Shown here piece after piece: positions 9,369 through 19,297 of a stretch of DNA of 64,000 bases. The translations under genes and the position numbers were made by a program. Location: NCBI GenBank assembly GCA_963737265.1, contig CAVTRY010000013.1, positions 480,001-544,000 on the forward strand, written 5' to 3'. Position 1 is the first letter of the stretch, and each line of letters starts with the position of its first letter. A model generated the notes under the pieces. That model saw only the letters and a list, made by a program, of their open reading frames with translations, made no database searches and was not told the origin of the DNA. This DNA is from an uncultured delta proteobacterium (GTDB taxonomy: Bacteria; Myxococcota_A; Polyangia; Fen-1088).

Positions 9369-11225
9369 TTAGTCCGCCTCCCGCGCCGCTGCATCCGATC
9401 GGCAATAGGCCCGCCAGCCGCCAAACAGGGAGATGTCACGGGCGTGAAGGACAGCGTGGTTCTCGCAGAGAAAGCCGTGGACGCATTCCCCGTTGTTGAG
9501 CTCGATGCTGCCGATACAGAGGGGCGGGGGAACACCGGCAACGAACGAGCCGAAGGCTTTCGCCGACAGTTCCCAAATCTCCAGTTCCACTGCCGAGCCT
9601 GCGCCACCATCACCGCGCACCAGCCCGGGCTTGGCCGGTCTGGTGTCAAGCGCAAACAGGCGATAGTGCGGCGCGGTCCGTGCCGTCTTCACCAAGGTTG
9701 CTCCGAGTTCGGTCAGCTGATAATTGAGCGGCTCGCCCGAAAGATGCGCCCCCACCACCGCCAAACAGACGCCCTTTTCCAGGGTCGGTGAGAAACGTAC
9801 TTGTTTAGGGCTTGACCAAGGTCGCGCCGAAGCGCCCACCTTGCGGCTACTGGCAGCGTGATAGCGCGCGCCTAGAGTCATCACTTTGGCATCGTGTCCC
9901 CGAGGCGCCACCAGGGTGATGCCGAAAGGCAAATGGTCGGCGCGAAAGCCGGCCGGCACCGCCACTGCGCACAGATCGAGCAGGTTCACAAAATTCGTGT
10001 AGATACCCAAGTTGGAATTTAGGCGAAGGGGGTCGGCCTGGACTTGTGCAATCGTGTAGAGCGTCGGCGCGGTGGGCGTGACCAAGACATCGATATCCCG
10101 CCAAAGGGGCCGAGTAACTTGATGGATGGCGCCGAGGCGCTCTTGGGCGCGAAATAGCGCTTCGGCATCGAACCGCTCGGCTGCGCTCAGAATCTCCAAA
10201 ACCACGGAGTCAAGTGCCTCGGGGGTCGACCGAAGAATCTTGCCCGCGGCGGCCAACCGCTCGGCGACCCACGGGCCGCCGTAGAGCAACCGAGCGGCTT
10301 CACGGAAGGGCGCAAAGTCGATCGCTACTGGCTGTCCACCAAGCGCGCGCAACGTGTCCACGGACCTCGCGAAAGCAGATGCAGATGCCTCGTCGCCGAA
10401 GAACTCCAAGTCGGCGGCGCGGGGTAAGCCGAAACGGAATGAACTGGGCGGAAACGGAGGCGCATCGCCACCCATGTCTTCCCATGAACGGGCAAAGGGA
10501 TCGCTTGGATCGAAGTGACACGCGACCGAGAAGACCCGCCATGCGTCCGCGCAAGATAGGGCGAAGACCGAGACGCAATCGAGCGAGCGGCACGCGGGAA
10601 CGACGCCCGTGGTGCTGATGAGACCGCGGCTCGGTTTCAGGCCGACGATGTTGTTGAAGGCGGCAGGCACGCGGCCGGAGCCGGCCGTATCCGTTCCAAG
10701 GGCGAAGGCGGCCATGCCGGTGGCCACCGCCACCGCCGAGCCCGAGCTGGAGCCGCCCGAAATATAGCGATGGTCGAACGGATTGCGGGGAACACCATAA
10801 GGTGACCGAACTCCAACCAGTCCGGTGGCGAACTGGTCGAGGTTGGTTTTTCCGACGACGATGGCCCCCGCGTTTGTCAGACGCTCGACAACGACGGCGG
10901 ATCGCTCGGGCGTATAGGCGAAGGCTGGACAAGCTGCCGTGGTGGGTACCCCCGCCACGTCAATGTTGTCCTTCACTGCAAAGGGCAGTCCGTAGAGGGG
11001 GAGGTCGGCTCCGGCGGCGCGTTGCTGTTGGAGACCGGCGAGGCGCTTTAGAAGGTCGTCCTTTGGAACCCGGTAGATCCATACGCCCGCGGCGTCCTCC
11101 GCAGATCCTCGCTCGTACGTTTCGGACAGTAGGTCCGCCGGCTGGAGCTCGCCGGAGCGGTAACCGGCCTCGACTGACGCAAAATCCCGACTGCCTGAGT
11201 CCTGGATGGGCGTGTGCGCAGACAT
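9369..11225 (-). CDS. atzF: Allophanate hydrolase (amidase-signature family)
   Basis: FAVKDNIDVAG, GKTNLDQFATGLVGVRSPYG, GGSSSGSAVAVA, GTDTAGSGRVPAAFNN, YTNFVNLLD, and the C-terminal AVVGAHLSG...GGWRAY domain; the start may be 11267. Confidence 0.93.
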   Translation of the reverse strand: MSAHTPIQDSGSRDFASVEAGYRSGELQPADLLSETYERGSAEDAAGVWIYRVPKDDLLKRLAGLQQQRAAGADLPLYGLPFAVKDNIDVAGVPTTAACPAFAYTPERSAVVVERLTNAGAIVVGKTNLDQFATGLVGVRSPYGVPRNPFDHRYISGGSSSGSAVAVATGMAAFALGTDTAGSGRVPAAFNNIVGLKPSRGLISTTGVVPACRSLDCVSVFALSCADAWRVFSVACHFDPSDPFARSWEDMGGDAPPFPPSSFRFGLPRAADLEFFGDEASASAFARSVDTLRALGGQPVAIDFAPFREAARLLYGGPWVAERLAAAGKILRSTPEALDSVVLEILSAAERFDAEALFRAQERLGAIHQVTRPLWRDIDVLVTPTAPTLYTIAQVQADPLRLNSNLGIYTNFVNLLDLCAVAVPAGFRADHLPFGITLVAPRGHDAKVMTLGARYHAASSRKVGASARPWSSPKQVRFSPTLEKGVCLAVVGAHLSGEPLNYQLTELGATLVKTARTAPHYRLFALDTRPAKPGLVRGDGGAGSAVELEIWELSAKAFGSFVAGVPPPLCIGSIELNNGECVHGFLCENHAVLHARDISLFGGWRAYCRSDAAAREAD

Positions 11226-11392
11226 GTGTGCAAAGGCATCATGACCGAGACCCCCTAGCTCGGACAATGGCGTCCGGCGTTACCCTGGCATCATTTACGA
11301 CAAATTTCGTCCTTGGAAAAATGGAGGAAACAATGCGCGTTCTATAAACGAGGGGGAAGGAGAACCATGCGGACAGCGAAAAAGAGTGCCGG

Positions 11393-12094
11393 ATGAATAC
11401 ACGTTACGTCGCGGCAGATCCATATCGCTGGCCGTGGAATGGCGATCTCCGGCAGGAGAACACTGCCTTGGTCGTGATCGACATGCAGGCAGACTTCTGC
11501 GGTAAGGGTGGCTACATCGATCTGCTCGGGTACGATATTTCGCTGACCCGCGCATGCATCGAGCCCATTTCACGGGTCTTGACGTGGATGCGACGGAATC
11601 GATTTTCCATTCTGCATACGCGGGAAGGTCACCGCGCCGATCTCTCCGACCTCCCGGCCAACAAGCGTTGGCGCTCGCGCCAAACACCTGGCGGAGGCGG
11701 CGCGGGGATCGGCGATCCCGGTCCGTGTGGGCGGGTGCTCGTGCGAGGCGAACCCGGCTGGGACATCATCCCCGACCTCTATCCCGTAGCCGGGGAGACC
11801 ATCATCGACAAACCGGGCAAGGGGTCGTTTTGCGCCACGGATCTGGATCTCATTCTCCGCCAGCGCGGCATCAGCAACCTCGTCCTCACCGGTATTACCA
11901 CCGACGTGTGCGTGCACACCACGATGAGGGAAGCGAATGATCGCGGCTATGAATGTCTGCTGCTGAGCGACTGTTGCGCCGCGACCGATGTCGGCAATCA
12001 CCTGGCGGCGCTGAAGATGGTGAAGATGCAAAACGGCGTCTTTGGGGCGGTCGCTGAGTCGCGCGCCTTGCTTGAGGCGCTGCAGCCCGCATGA
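11393..12094 (+). CDS. biuH: Biuret amidohydrolase
   Basis: ADPYRWPWNG, IDMQADFCGKGGY, HTREGH, LPANKRWRS, KPGKGSFCATDL, GITTDVCV, ATDVGNHLAA and KMQNGVFG; Asp-Lys-Cys triad intact. Confidence 0.9.
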   Translation: MNTRYVAADPYRWPWNGDLRQENTALVVIDMQADFCGKGGYIDLLGYDISLTRACIEPISRVLTWMRRNRFSILHTREGHRADLSDLPANKRWRSRQTPGGGGAGIGDPGPCGRVLVRGEPGWDIIPDLYPVAGETIIDKPGKGSFCATDLDLILRQRGISNLVLTGITTDVCVHTTMREANDRGYECLLLSDCCAATDVGNHLAALKMVKMQNGVFGAVAESRALLEALQPA

Positions 12095-12450
12095 GCGAAG
12101 GTCAGATTGTCCTTGCAGACCTTTCGCAACGAGTTCTCGATCCCGATTTCGAGTGGACGGCGTTTCGGCCCGGGGTGGACATCCATCGCCTCTACGGGGA
12201 CGCACAGTCCGGTCCGGCGGCGGCACTCCTCCATTACGAGGCAGGCGCAGCGATTCCCTATCATCGTCACCAGGGCTATGAGCACATCTTCATTCTCCAC
12301 GGAACGCAGGTCGACCATCGAGGTACCCACCGGGCCGGCACGCTGGTCGTCAACTCGCCCGGCACTGGACACGAAGTCCGCAGCCCCGACGGCTGCGTCG
12401 TCCTCGTCATCTGGGAGCGCCGGGTTGACTTCCCCGCCTGCGCTGGCTAA
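12091..12450 (+). CDS. ChrR-like cupin domain protein
   Basis: PGVDIHRLY...ALLHYEAGAAIPYHRHQGYEHIFILHG...GTLVVNSPGTGHEV gives an intact H-x-H...E...H cupin motif; ATGA overlap with biuH. Confidence 0.85.
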   Translation: MSEGQIVLADLSQRVLDPDFEWTAFRPGVDIHRLYGDAQSGPAAALLHYEAGAAIPYHRHQGYEHIFILHGTQVDHRGTHRAGTLVVNSPGTGHEVRSPDGCVVLVIWERRVDFPACAG

Positions 12451-13312
12451 CGACGGGTCGTGGAAGGCGTCTTTGGCGCTGACCTTTGCCGCCCGCGCGG
12501 CGTGTGAGTACGGTGGGACTTTGCCCGACCTCGAAGAGACTGCACTGATTCGACAATCCCACCATGGCCCGCTCGTCGTGCAGCGACCGTTTTTTCCGGA
12601 AGGCCGCAAGGTTTGTCATGTCTACGTCCTGCACCCGCCGGGAGGGATCGCCGCTGGCGATGCGCTAAGCCTGGATGTGGACGCGCAAGAGCGCGCCCAC
12701 GTGCTTGTCACCGCGCCAGCGGCCACCAAAATCTATCGCAGCGATGGTCGCACATCGCAGCAGGTGCAGACGCTGAGGGCTGCACCCGGTGCGGTGCTCG
12801 AATGGCTGCCCCAGGAGACCATCCTCTTCGATGGCGCACGTACGCGGCTAGAAACTCGGGTGCAATTATCGGGCGATGCCGCGTTCATCGGTTGGGACAT
12901 TCTGTGTTTTGGTCGACCAGCGTGCGGCGAGCGGTTTGGCCGCGGTACTTGCCGGCAGGAGCTGGAAGTGTGGCGCGACGGACGGCCGCTGGTTCTGGAG
13001 CGCACCTGCTATGGGGGCGAGATTCTCGACGCCAGTTGGGGACTACGACGTGCGTCCGTCACCGCGACTTTGCTGGCAGCCGCTCCGACACTGAACCAGT
13101 CGACGGCCGAGACAGTGCTGCGCGAGTTGCGAACGCTGCGCCCGCGCGAAGGAGAGCTTAGCTCGGCTACGTGGGTCAATGGCGTTCTGGTCTTTCGCTA
13201 TTTGGGTAACGGTGTGGAGCAGGCGCGCATCCTATTCGAGAAGGCGTGGTGCCTGCTGCGGCCGGTGGTCGCAGGCCGGCCGGTATGTCTTCCGCGCATC
13301 TGGTCAACCTGA
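12425..13312 (+). CDS. ureD: Urease accessory protein UreD
   Basis: HHGPLVVQRPFFPE, VLHPPGGIAAGD, AATKIYRS, LEWLPQETILF, C-terminal PRIWST; TTG start at 12425 with GGAG upstream. Confidence 0.9.
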   Translation: MTSPPALANDGSWKASLALTFAARAACEYGGTLPDLEETALIRQSHHGPLVVQRPFFPEGRKVCHVYVLHPPGGIAAGDALSLDVDAQERAHVLVTAPAATKIYRSDGRTSQQVQTLRAAPGAVLEWLPQETILFDGARTRLETRVQLSGDAAFIGWDILCFGRPACGERFGRGTCRQELEVWRDGRPLVLERTCYGGEILDASWGLRRASVTATLLAAAPTLNQSTAETVLRELRTLRPREGELSSATWVNGVLVFRYLGNGVEQARILFEKAWCLLRPVVAGRPVCLPRIWST

Positions 13313-13327
13313 AATATCGGAGGTCGA

Positions 13328-13957
13328 ATGGAGCTACTCCCTCGTGAAAAAGACAAACTCCTCCTCTTCACGGCCGCCCTCCTTGCCGAGAGGCGCAGGG
13401 CGCGCGGCCTCAAGCTGAACTATCCGGAAGCGGTGGCCTACATTTCAGCCGCCATCCTGGAAGGCGCGCGCGATGGGCGAAGCGTCGCCGAGTTGATGAC
13501 CTACGGGACAGAAATCCTCGGCCGCGACGACGTCATGGAGGGCGTGGCCGAGTTGATCTCCGAGGTACAGGTGGAAGCCACCTTTCCCGACGGCACCAAG
13601 TTGGTCACAGTTCATCAACCGATTCAGCGATCGAATTTTGTCCCCGGCGAGGTGGTCACCCCATCGGACGATATCGCGATCAACGAGGGCAGGGGTACCG
13701 TGACCGTTGAAGTCGGCAACACCGGCGACCGCCCGGTCCAAGTCGGCTCGCACTACCATTTCTTCGAAACCAATCCCGCGCTGCGCTTCGATCGCGAGAA
13801 AACTCGGGGATTCCGATTAAACATTCCCGCCGGTACCGCGGTTCGCTTCGAACCGGGACAAACCCGCACCGTCGAGCTATGCGCCTACGGCGGAGCGCGG
13901 GTCGTATACGGTTTCCGCGGCGAGGTGATGGGACCGCTCGACAAGGCTGCATTGTGA
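13328..13957 (+). CDS. ureAB: Fused urease gamma/beta subunit
   Basis: [11 protein letters not shown]...GLKLNYPEA...[16 protein letters not shown] (gamma) continues in frame into [17 protein letters not shown]...[15 protein letters not shown] (beta). Confidence 0.95.
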   Translation: MELLPREKDKLLLFTAALLAERRRARGLKLNYPEAVAYISAAILEGARDGRSVAELMTYGTEILGRDDVMEGVAELISEVQVEATFPDGTKLVTVHQPIQRSNFVPGEVVTPSDDIAINEGRGTVTVEVGNTGDRPVQVGSHYHFFETNPALRFDREKTRGFRLNIPAGTAVRFEPGQTRTVELCAYGGARVVYGFRGEVMGPLDKAAL

Positions 13958-15666
13958 GGCGCATCGATCGGCGCGCCTACGCCGAAATGTACGGTCCCAC
14001 GGTGGGTGACCGCATTCGCCTGGGCGACACCGATCTCTTCATCGAGGTCGAGAGCGACCACGCAATTTACGGAGAAGAAGTGAAGTTCGGCGGTGGCAAA
14101 GTGATTCGCGACGGCATGGGACAAAGCCAGCGCTGGGGCGCGGATGTGGCCGATACCGTCATCACCAACGCGGTGATTGTGGATCATTTGGGCATCGTCA
14201 AAGGCGACATCGGCATCAAAGATGGCCGCATCCTTGGTATTGGCAAAGCCGGCAATCCGGATATTCAAGCCGGCGTCACCATCGTCATCGGACCGGGCAC
14301 GGAGATCATTGCCGGCGAAGGACTTCTGGCCACCGCTGGCGGCATCGACTCGCACATCCATTTCATCTGTCCCCAGCAATGCGACGATGCGCTGATGTCG
14401 GGGGTGACCACGATGCTGGGCGGTGGCACCGGGCCCGCCGCCGGCACCAACGCGACCACCTGCACACCAGGACCGTGGAATACCGCACGGATGCTCGAGG
14501 CGGCTGATTCCGTGCCGCTCAACCTAGGATTTCTTGGCAAGGGCAACGCCAGCCAACCGGGTGGCTTGGTCGAACAGATCGAAGCTGGATGCATGGGCCT
14601 CAAACTGCACGAGGACTGGGGCACTACCCCCGCGGCGATCGACAATTGTCTGTCGGTCGCGGACGCGCACGATGTGCAGGTGGCGATCCACACCGATACG
14701 CTCAATGAATCTGGTTTCGTCGAGGACACCGTGGCCGCGTTTCGCGGTCGCGCCATTCACACCTACCACACCGAGGGTGCGGGCGGGGGACATGCGCCGG
14801 ACATCATCAAGGTCTGCGGTGCCCCGAATGTCCTACCATCGTCCACCAACCCGACCCGGCCCTACACCGTGAACACCATCGACGAACACTTGGACATGCT
14901 GATGGTTTGCCACCATCTCGACCCCAGTATTGCCGAGGACGTTGCTTTCGCCGAGTCGCGCATTCGACGCGAGACCATCGCCGCCGAGGACATCCTGCAC
15001 GATCTCGGCGCCTTCAGCATGATGTCCAGCGACTCGCAGGCCATGGGGCGCGTGGGGGAAGTCATCACCCGCACCTGGCAAACCGCGCACAAGATGAAAG
15101 AGCAGCGTGGCCCGTTGCCAGCCGACGGTGCCAGCGGCGGAGGCAATGACAACTTCCGGGTGAAGCGCTACATCGCCAAATACACCATCAATCCGGCCAT
15201 TACCCACGGCATCTCGCACGAGGTTGGCTCGCTCGCGGCGGGTAAGTTGGCCGATATCGTGTTGTGGAAGCCGGCATTTTTCGGCACCAAACCAGCGCTG
15301 ATCATCAAGGGCGGTTTCATCGTCGCCGCGCCCATGGGCGATGCTAATGCCTCTATTCCCACGCCTCAACCGGTCTACTTTCGCCCCATGTTTGGCGCGA
15401 TGGACGGTCCTCGCCAAAGGACCAGTGTGACCTTCGTTTCCGCGGCGGCGCTTGCCGCCGATGTGGGTGCGCGCCTGGGGTTACGCAAGCGCTTGGTCGC
15501 GGTCAAGGGGACGAGGACGATCGGCAAGAGGGATCTTGTCCACAACGACTATCAACCGGTGATTACAGTGGATCCTCAAACCTATGAAGTGCGCGCCGAC
15601 GGGCAACTGCTTCAATGCCCTCCCGCCACGCGATTGCCGCTGGCGCAACGCTATTTTCTGTTTTGA
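13954..15666 (+). CDS. ureC: Urease alpha subunit
   Basis: [61 protein letters not shown]; GTG start overlaps the ureAB stop. Confidence 0.97.
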   Translation: MRRIDRRAYAEMYGPTVGDRIRLGDTDLFIEVESDHAIYGEEVKFGGGKVIRDGMGQSQRWGADVADTVITNAVIVDHLGIVKGDIGIKDGRILGIGKAGNPDIQAGVTIVIGPGTEIIAGEGLLATAGGIDSHIHFICPQQCDDALMSGVTTMLGGGTGPAAGTNATTCTPGPWNTARMLEAADSVPLNLGFLGKGNASQPGGLVEQIEAGCMGLKLHEDWGTTPAAIDNCLSVADAHDVQVAIHTDTLNESGFVEDTVAAFRGRAIHTYHTEGAGGGHAPDIIKVCGAPNVLPSSTNPTRPYTVNTIDEHLDMLMVCHHLDPSIAEDVAFAESRIRRETIAAEDILHDLGAFSMMSSDSQAMGRVGEVITRTWQTAHKMKEQRGPLPADGASGGGNDNFRVKRYIAKYTINPAITHGISHEVGSLAAGKLADIVLWKPAFFGTKPALIIKGGFIVAAPMGDANASIPTPQPVYFRPMFGAMDGPRQRTSVTFVSAAALAADVGARLGLRKRLVAVKGTRTIGKRDLVHNDYQPVITVDPQTYEVRADGQLLQCPPATRLPLAQRYFLF

Positions 15667-15681
15667 GGTCGAGCGCAAGAC

Positions 15682-16164
15682 ATGTTTCACCTGCGCGAAA
15701 GGATCGGCGAAAACCCGCCGAGCAGCAGCACGAATCGATGCGAAGGATTGTTGACGCTATCGTTTGAAGATCGGCGCAAGAGCCGCCTGCGCACGCACTT
15801 GGACGATGGGCGCGAAGTGGCCGTGCTGTTGCCACGAGGAACCATCCTTCGCCATGGCGAGTGCCTGCTCGACGATGAAGAAAACGTGCTCGTGGAGGTG
15901 AGGGCGGCGATGGAAAGATTGTCCGTGGCACGCGCCGCCGACATCCACCTGCTCGCCCGAGCGGCGTACCATCTTGGCAACCGCCACGTACCCATACAAC
16001 TCGGTCCTGATTGGGTCGCCTACCAGCACGATCACGTTCTCGACGGGTTGGTGCGCGAGCTCGGCCTCATAGTGGCGGTGGAGGTGAAAGCGTTCGAGCC
16101 GGAGGCCGGAGGCTATGGCAAGGGCCACGAACCCAGCTACGGCCGTGGCCACCATGAGCACTAG
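15682..16164 (+). CDS. ureE: Urease accessory protein UreE
   Basis: RRKSRLR, LPRGTIL, AYHLGNRHVP, FEPEAGGY, short His-containing tail. Confidence 0.93.
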   Translation: MFHLRERIGENPPSSSTNRCEGLLTLSFEDRRKSRLRTHLDDGREVAVLLPRGTILRHGECLLDDEENVLVEVRAAMERLSVARAADIHLLARAAYHLGNRHVPIQLGPDWVAYQHDHVLDGLVRELGLIVAVEVKAFEPEAGGYGKGHEPSYGRGHHEH

Positions 16165-16870
16165 TCGCGCCGCGAAGCTCTCGACTCTCATGCCCAGCGT
16201 CGCGGGTGTTCCGCTCTTGCGGCTGCTTCAACTGGCCAGCGCCGCGCTACCTATTGGCGCTTTCGCCTACTCGCAAGGGCTCGAACAGGCGATCGCGATG
16301 GCGTGGGTGACGGACGAAGCCTCCGCGCAGGACTGGATTCTGGGCCTGCTGTCCACCGTTCTCGCCGGGTTGGATCTGCCGGTGTTGGCGCGCTTGCACC
16401 AGGCGTTTGCGGCCAACGATAACCCCGCGGTCCATCGCTGGAACGACTTTCTGTGCGCCTCGCGGGGCAGCGCGGAGTTGCGAGCGGAAGACCGCCACTT
16501 GGGAGGTGCGCTGGCCCGTGTGCTCGACGCCGTGGGGACAAGCGGCTTGGGCGACTGGGTGGGCGAGCCGGAGGTTACCCATGTTGCGATGTTTGCCCTG
16601 GGCGCGGTTCGCTGGGACATCCCATTGGCCGCCGCCGCAACCGGGTATGCCTTTGCCTGGACCGAGGCGCAAGTGGGCGCCGCCGTGCGTTTGTGCCCGC
16701 TCGGTCAACAGGCCGCGCAGCGGATTCTTTCCCGCGCCTTACCCAACATCGATGGCGCGGTGGCAGCGGCCCTGGTCCTTCCCGATGACGAAATCGGCGC
16801 CGCGGCGCCTGCCCAAGCCATCGCAAGCGCCCTTCACGAAACGCTCTATTCCCGCCTTTGCCGATCCTGA
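16154..16870 (+). CDS. ureF: Urease accessory protein UreF
   Basis: [40 protein letters not shown]. Confidence 0.93.
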   Translation: MSTSRAAKLSTLMPSVAGVPLLRLLQLASAALPIGAFAYSQGLEQAIAMAWVTDEASAQDWILGLLSTVLAGLDLPVLARLHQAFAANDNPAVHRWNDFLCASRGSAELRAEDRHLGGALARVLDAVGTSGLGDWVGEPEVTHVAMFALGAVRWDIPLAAAATGYAFAWTEAQVGAAVRLCPLGQQAAQRILSRALPNIDGAVAAALVLPDDEIGAAAPAQAIASALHETLYSRLCRS

Positions 16871-16881
16871 GGAGATCTTAC

Positions 16882-17499
16882 GTGAACGACAAACAACCCC
16901 TGCGCGTTGGTGTGGCCGGTCCGGTTGGCTCGGGCAAGACCGCCTTGGTCGACGCCCTTTGCAAACGGCTACGCGATCGCTTCAACATCGCGGTGGTCAC
17001 CAATGACATCTACACCAAAGAGGACGCCCAATTTCTTGTCCGCAGTGGCGCCTTGCCCGCGGAACGCATCGTGGGCGTCGAGACGGGTGGCTGCCCTCAT
17101 ACCGCCATTCGTGAAGACGCGTCCATCAACCTGGAAGCGATCGACGATCTTATACGGCGGTTCCCGGGGCTGGACGTGGTCTTGGTGGAAAGCGGTGGCG
17201 ATAACTTGGCCGCGACCTTCAGCCCCGAGCTAGCCGACCTTACCCTCTACGTCATCGACGTCGCTGGCGGCGACAAGATCCCGCGCAAAGGCGGACCGGG
17301 GATTACCAAGTCCGATCTCCTGGTGATCAACAAAACCGATCTTGCCCCCCATGTGGGGGCTTCTTTGGACGTCATGGATCGGGATGCGCGCGCCCAACGC
17401 GGCGCCAAGCCATTCTTGTTCACCAGCATCAGACAAGGCGTGGGCGTCGACGAGGTCGTGGATTTCGTGGTTCAACATGGGCTTCTAGAGGTTTCGTAG
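16882..17499 (+). CDS. ureG: Urease accessory GTPase UreG
   Basis: [50 protein letters not shown]; GTG start with GGAG. Confidence 0.96.
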   Translation: MNDKQPLRVGVAGPVGSGKTALVDALCKRLRDRFNIAVVTNDIYTKEDAQFLVRSGALPAERIVGVETGGCPHTAIREDASINLEAIDDLIRRFPGLDVVLVESGGDNLAATFSPELADLTLYVIDVAGGDKIPRKGGPGITKSDLLVINKTDLAPHVGASLDVMDRDARAQRGAKPFLFTSIRQGVGVDEVVDFVVQHGLLEVS

Positions 17500-17524
17500 G
17501 CGGTCGCGGAGATTCGCGCCGATT

Positions 17525-19297
17525 TCACCAAACTAGTCGGTAGCCAACGTCGGCGATGGCTCCGGCGGCGTTGCCAACGATGCGATCGCCACTGGTGAGC
17601 TCGTCCAGGTAGACCGCGAGGTAGCGCAGCGAAAAGGCGAGATGACCACGGTGGAGGAGATATCCGGTTTCGACCATCGCCTCGCCAGCGGCGCCGTAGC
17701 CGCGCCCGAATACCGTCGTTTCGTAGGCGTGGATCCGCGCGAACGACATGGCGAAGCCGGCGCCCACCCCAAAACCGAGGAAGGTGCGGTCGACGATGAA
17801 TCGCTGGCGGATCTGGACCAGGACGGGCACCGTCGTCAGCCAGGTCCGGCTGGTGCCGCCCTCGCTTTGTGCCGCGAACCAAGTCTGGAGCAATCCAACC
17901 GACAATCCCAGGCCGAGCCCAGGGTGTCGGGAGCTGCGATAGGCGACGGCATCGACAAACAGCGCTGCGCCGGTCTGGCTGCCGAGGTTCCACAGCGGGC
18001 CGAGGCGTGGAGTCAGCGTGTAGCGCGGCGACAGGGTCGCGGCAGGAAGGTCGGGCCAGGGGAGCTGCGGCCGCTGCCAGACGCCGATGGGAATCCGCCG
18101 TACGGCGTGGGCCGAATCCAGCATGCCTTCGACGCGGACGGCGTCTTGCCGACCGACCGGTTCTGGACTGTGGACGACCACCATGGGCGCGCCGTCCGAG
18201 CTCGCTTTGACCTCGGCCAGCTTGCCGTCGACCAGGACGGATGCGCGAGCAGCGTCGACCGGGTTGCCGAACGCGTCTTCGGCGCCGAGGAAAATCCGCA
18301 GCGACGAGCCGGGTTTGCGGTGCAGTCGCGCGGCCTCCGGGTCGAGGCTTAGTCCCGTGGCTCTGGCGGCAACTAGCGCGATGGTGGTGGCGATGCGGGT
18401 GGTGCTTTGATTCTTGAGCAAGGCCTCGATAGTCAGGGTCTTGACCTTGAGAATGCGGGGCGCACCGACGAGGAAGCGCGCTTCCCCCGGGATGCGACTG
18501 CCGAGGGGTTGAACGCCGATGCCGGGCGCTCGCACGATAATCGCGGATGCGTCGGCGGGGCGACCTGACACCTCGACGGCATAGACGGCGACCTCGGCGG
18601 TGGAGCCCGCGGCCAGGCTTCGAGGCGCGACGAATAGCAGTCGCTGCGAGTACGGCACGCGCAAGTCCAAGACTTGTTCGGTGGCCTTGCCGTAGGGATT
18701 CACCGAGCGTGCGACCCCGAAATCGACGCCCGGTGGAACCACCACCGGGATGTGCACCATGCCGTCGCGAGCGGCGGCCTGCGGGCCAAAGTCGCGATCC
18801 CCGACGCGTATGGTGACTTGGGCGCCCGGATCGGTATGCAAGGCAGGCGTGGCCGCGGCCCGCAAGCGCAGCGTGGTCATTCCGCGAATAGGCCACAGGG
18901 GACTGCTGAACTCGGCGACGACGATGGCGGGCTGAGGAAAGCGGCTGGTGGGGAGGACGTAGCGCGCGACGAAGGTCGTCGGCCCCGTCCGTGTCAGACC
19001 TTCAACCTGGCCCGCGCTGCACAGCACCCGTGGCATGGGCACGGGCGACTCGGGCGAATCCGTCATCTCGATGTGCAGCTCGGTTTGGGCCGTGACCCCG
19101 ATGATTGGAGCGGGATCAGCCAAAGCGAGCGACACGGTTGGCGGGCTATCCCCGGGCGCTGAAGGCGGCGCGGGCGCGTCTGTCTCGGGCTCGGGCGCGC
19201 TGTTTGCGCGTGCGGTGGCGTGCGCACCCAAGACCAACATGGCGCCGAGGAGCGGACTCATCCGCCGCCGGCAGACCCTGCGGCCGCGCCATCTCAT
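17525..19297 (-). CDS. Exported protein with Ig-like domains and a probable C-terminal outer-membrane beta-barrel
   Basis: Signal peptide ending ARA/ANS; beta-rich Ig-like middle; the last ~170 aa alternate hydrophobic residues and end in ADVGYRLVW; ATGA overlap with the upstream gene. Confidence 0.65.
   Translation of the reverse strand: MRWRGRRVCRRRMSPLLGAMLVLGAHATARANSAPEPETDAPAPPSAPGDSPPTVSLALADPAPIIGVTAQTELHIEMTDSPESPVPMPRVLCSAGQVEGLTRTGPTTFVARYVLPTSRFPQPAIVVAEFSSPLWPIRGMTTLRLRAAATPALHTDPGAQVTIRVGDRDFGPQAAARDGMVHIPVVVPPGVDFGVARSVNPYGKATEQVLDLRVPYSQRLLFVAPRSLAAGSTAEVAVYAVEVSGRPADASAIIVRAPGIGVQPLGSRIPGEARFLVGAPRILKVKTLTIEALLKNQSTTRIATTIALVAARATGLSLDPEAARLHRKPGSSLRIFLGAEDAFGNPVDAARASVLVDGKLAEVKASSDGAPMVVVHSPEPVGRQDAVRVEGMLDSAHAVRRIPIGVWQRPQLPWPDLPAATLSPRYTLTPRLGPLWNLGSQTGAALFVDAVAYRSSRHPGLGLGLSVGLLQTWFAAQSEGGTSRTWLTTVPVLVQIRQRFIVDRTFLGFGVGAGFAMSFARIHAYETTVFGRGYGAAGEAMVETGYLLHRGHLAFSLRYLAVYLDELTSGDRIVGNAAGAIADVGYRLVW

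Noticed and set aside
12107-12424. Apparent N-terminal extension of UreD or a cupin-UreD fusion
   Set aside because: The extension is an off-frame reading of the cupin gene; a TTG with RBS at 12425 gives a normal UreD.
17472-18896. 474-aa Arg-rich minus-strand ORF
   Set aside because: Alternative frame of the 17525-19297 gene; low-complexity high-GC artefact.
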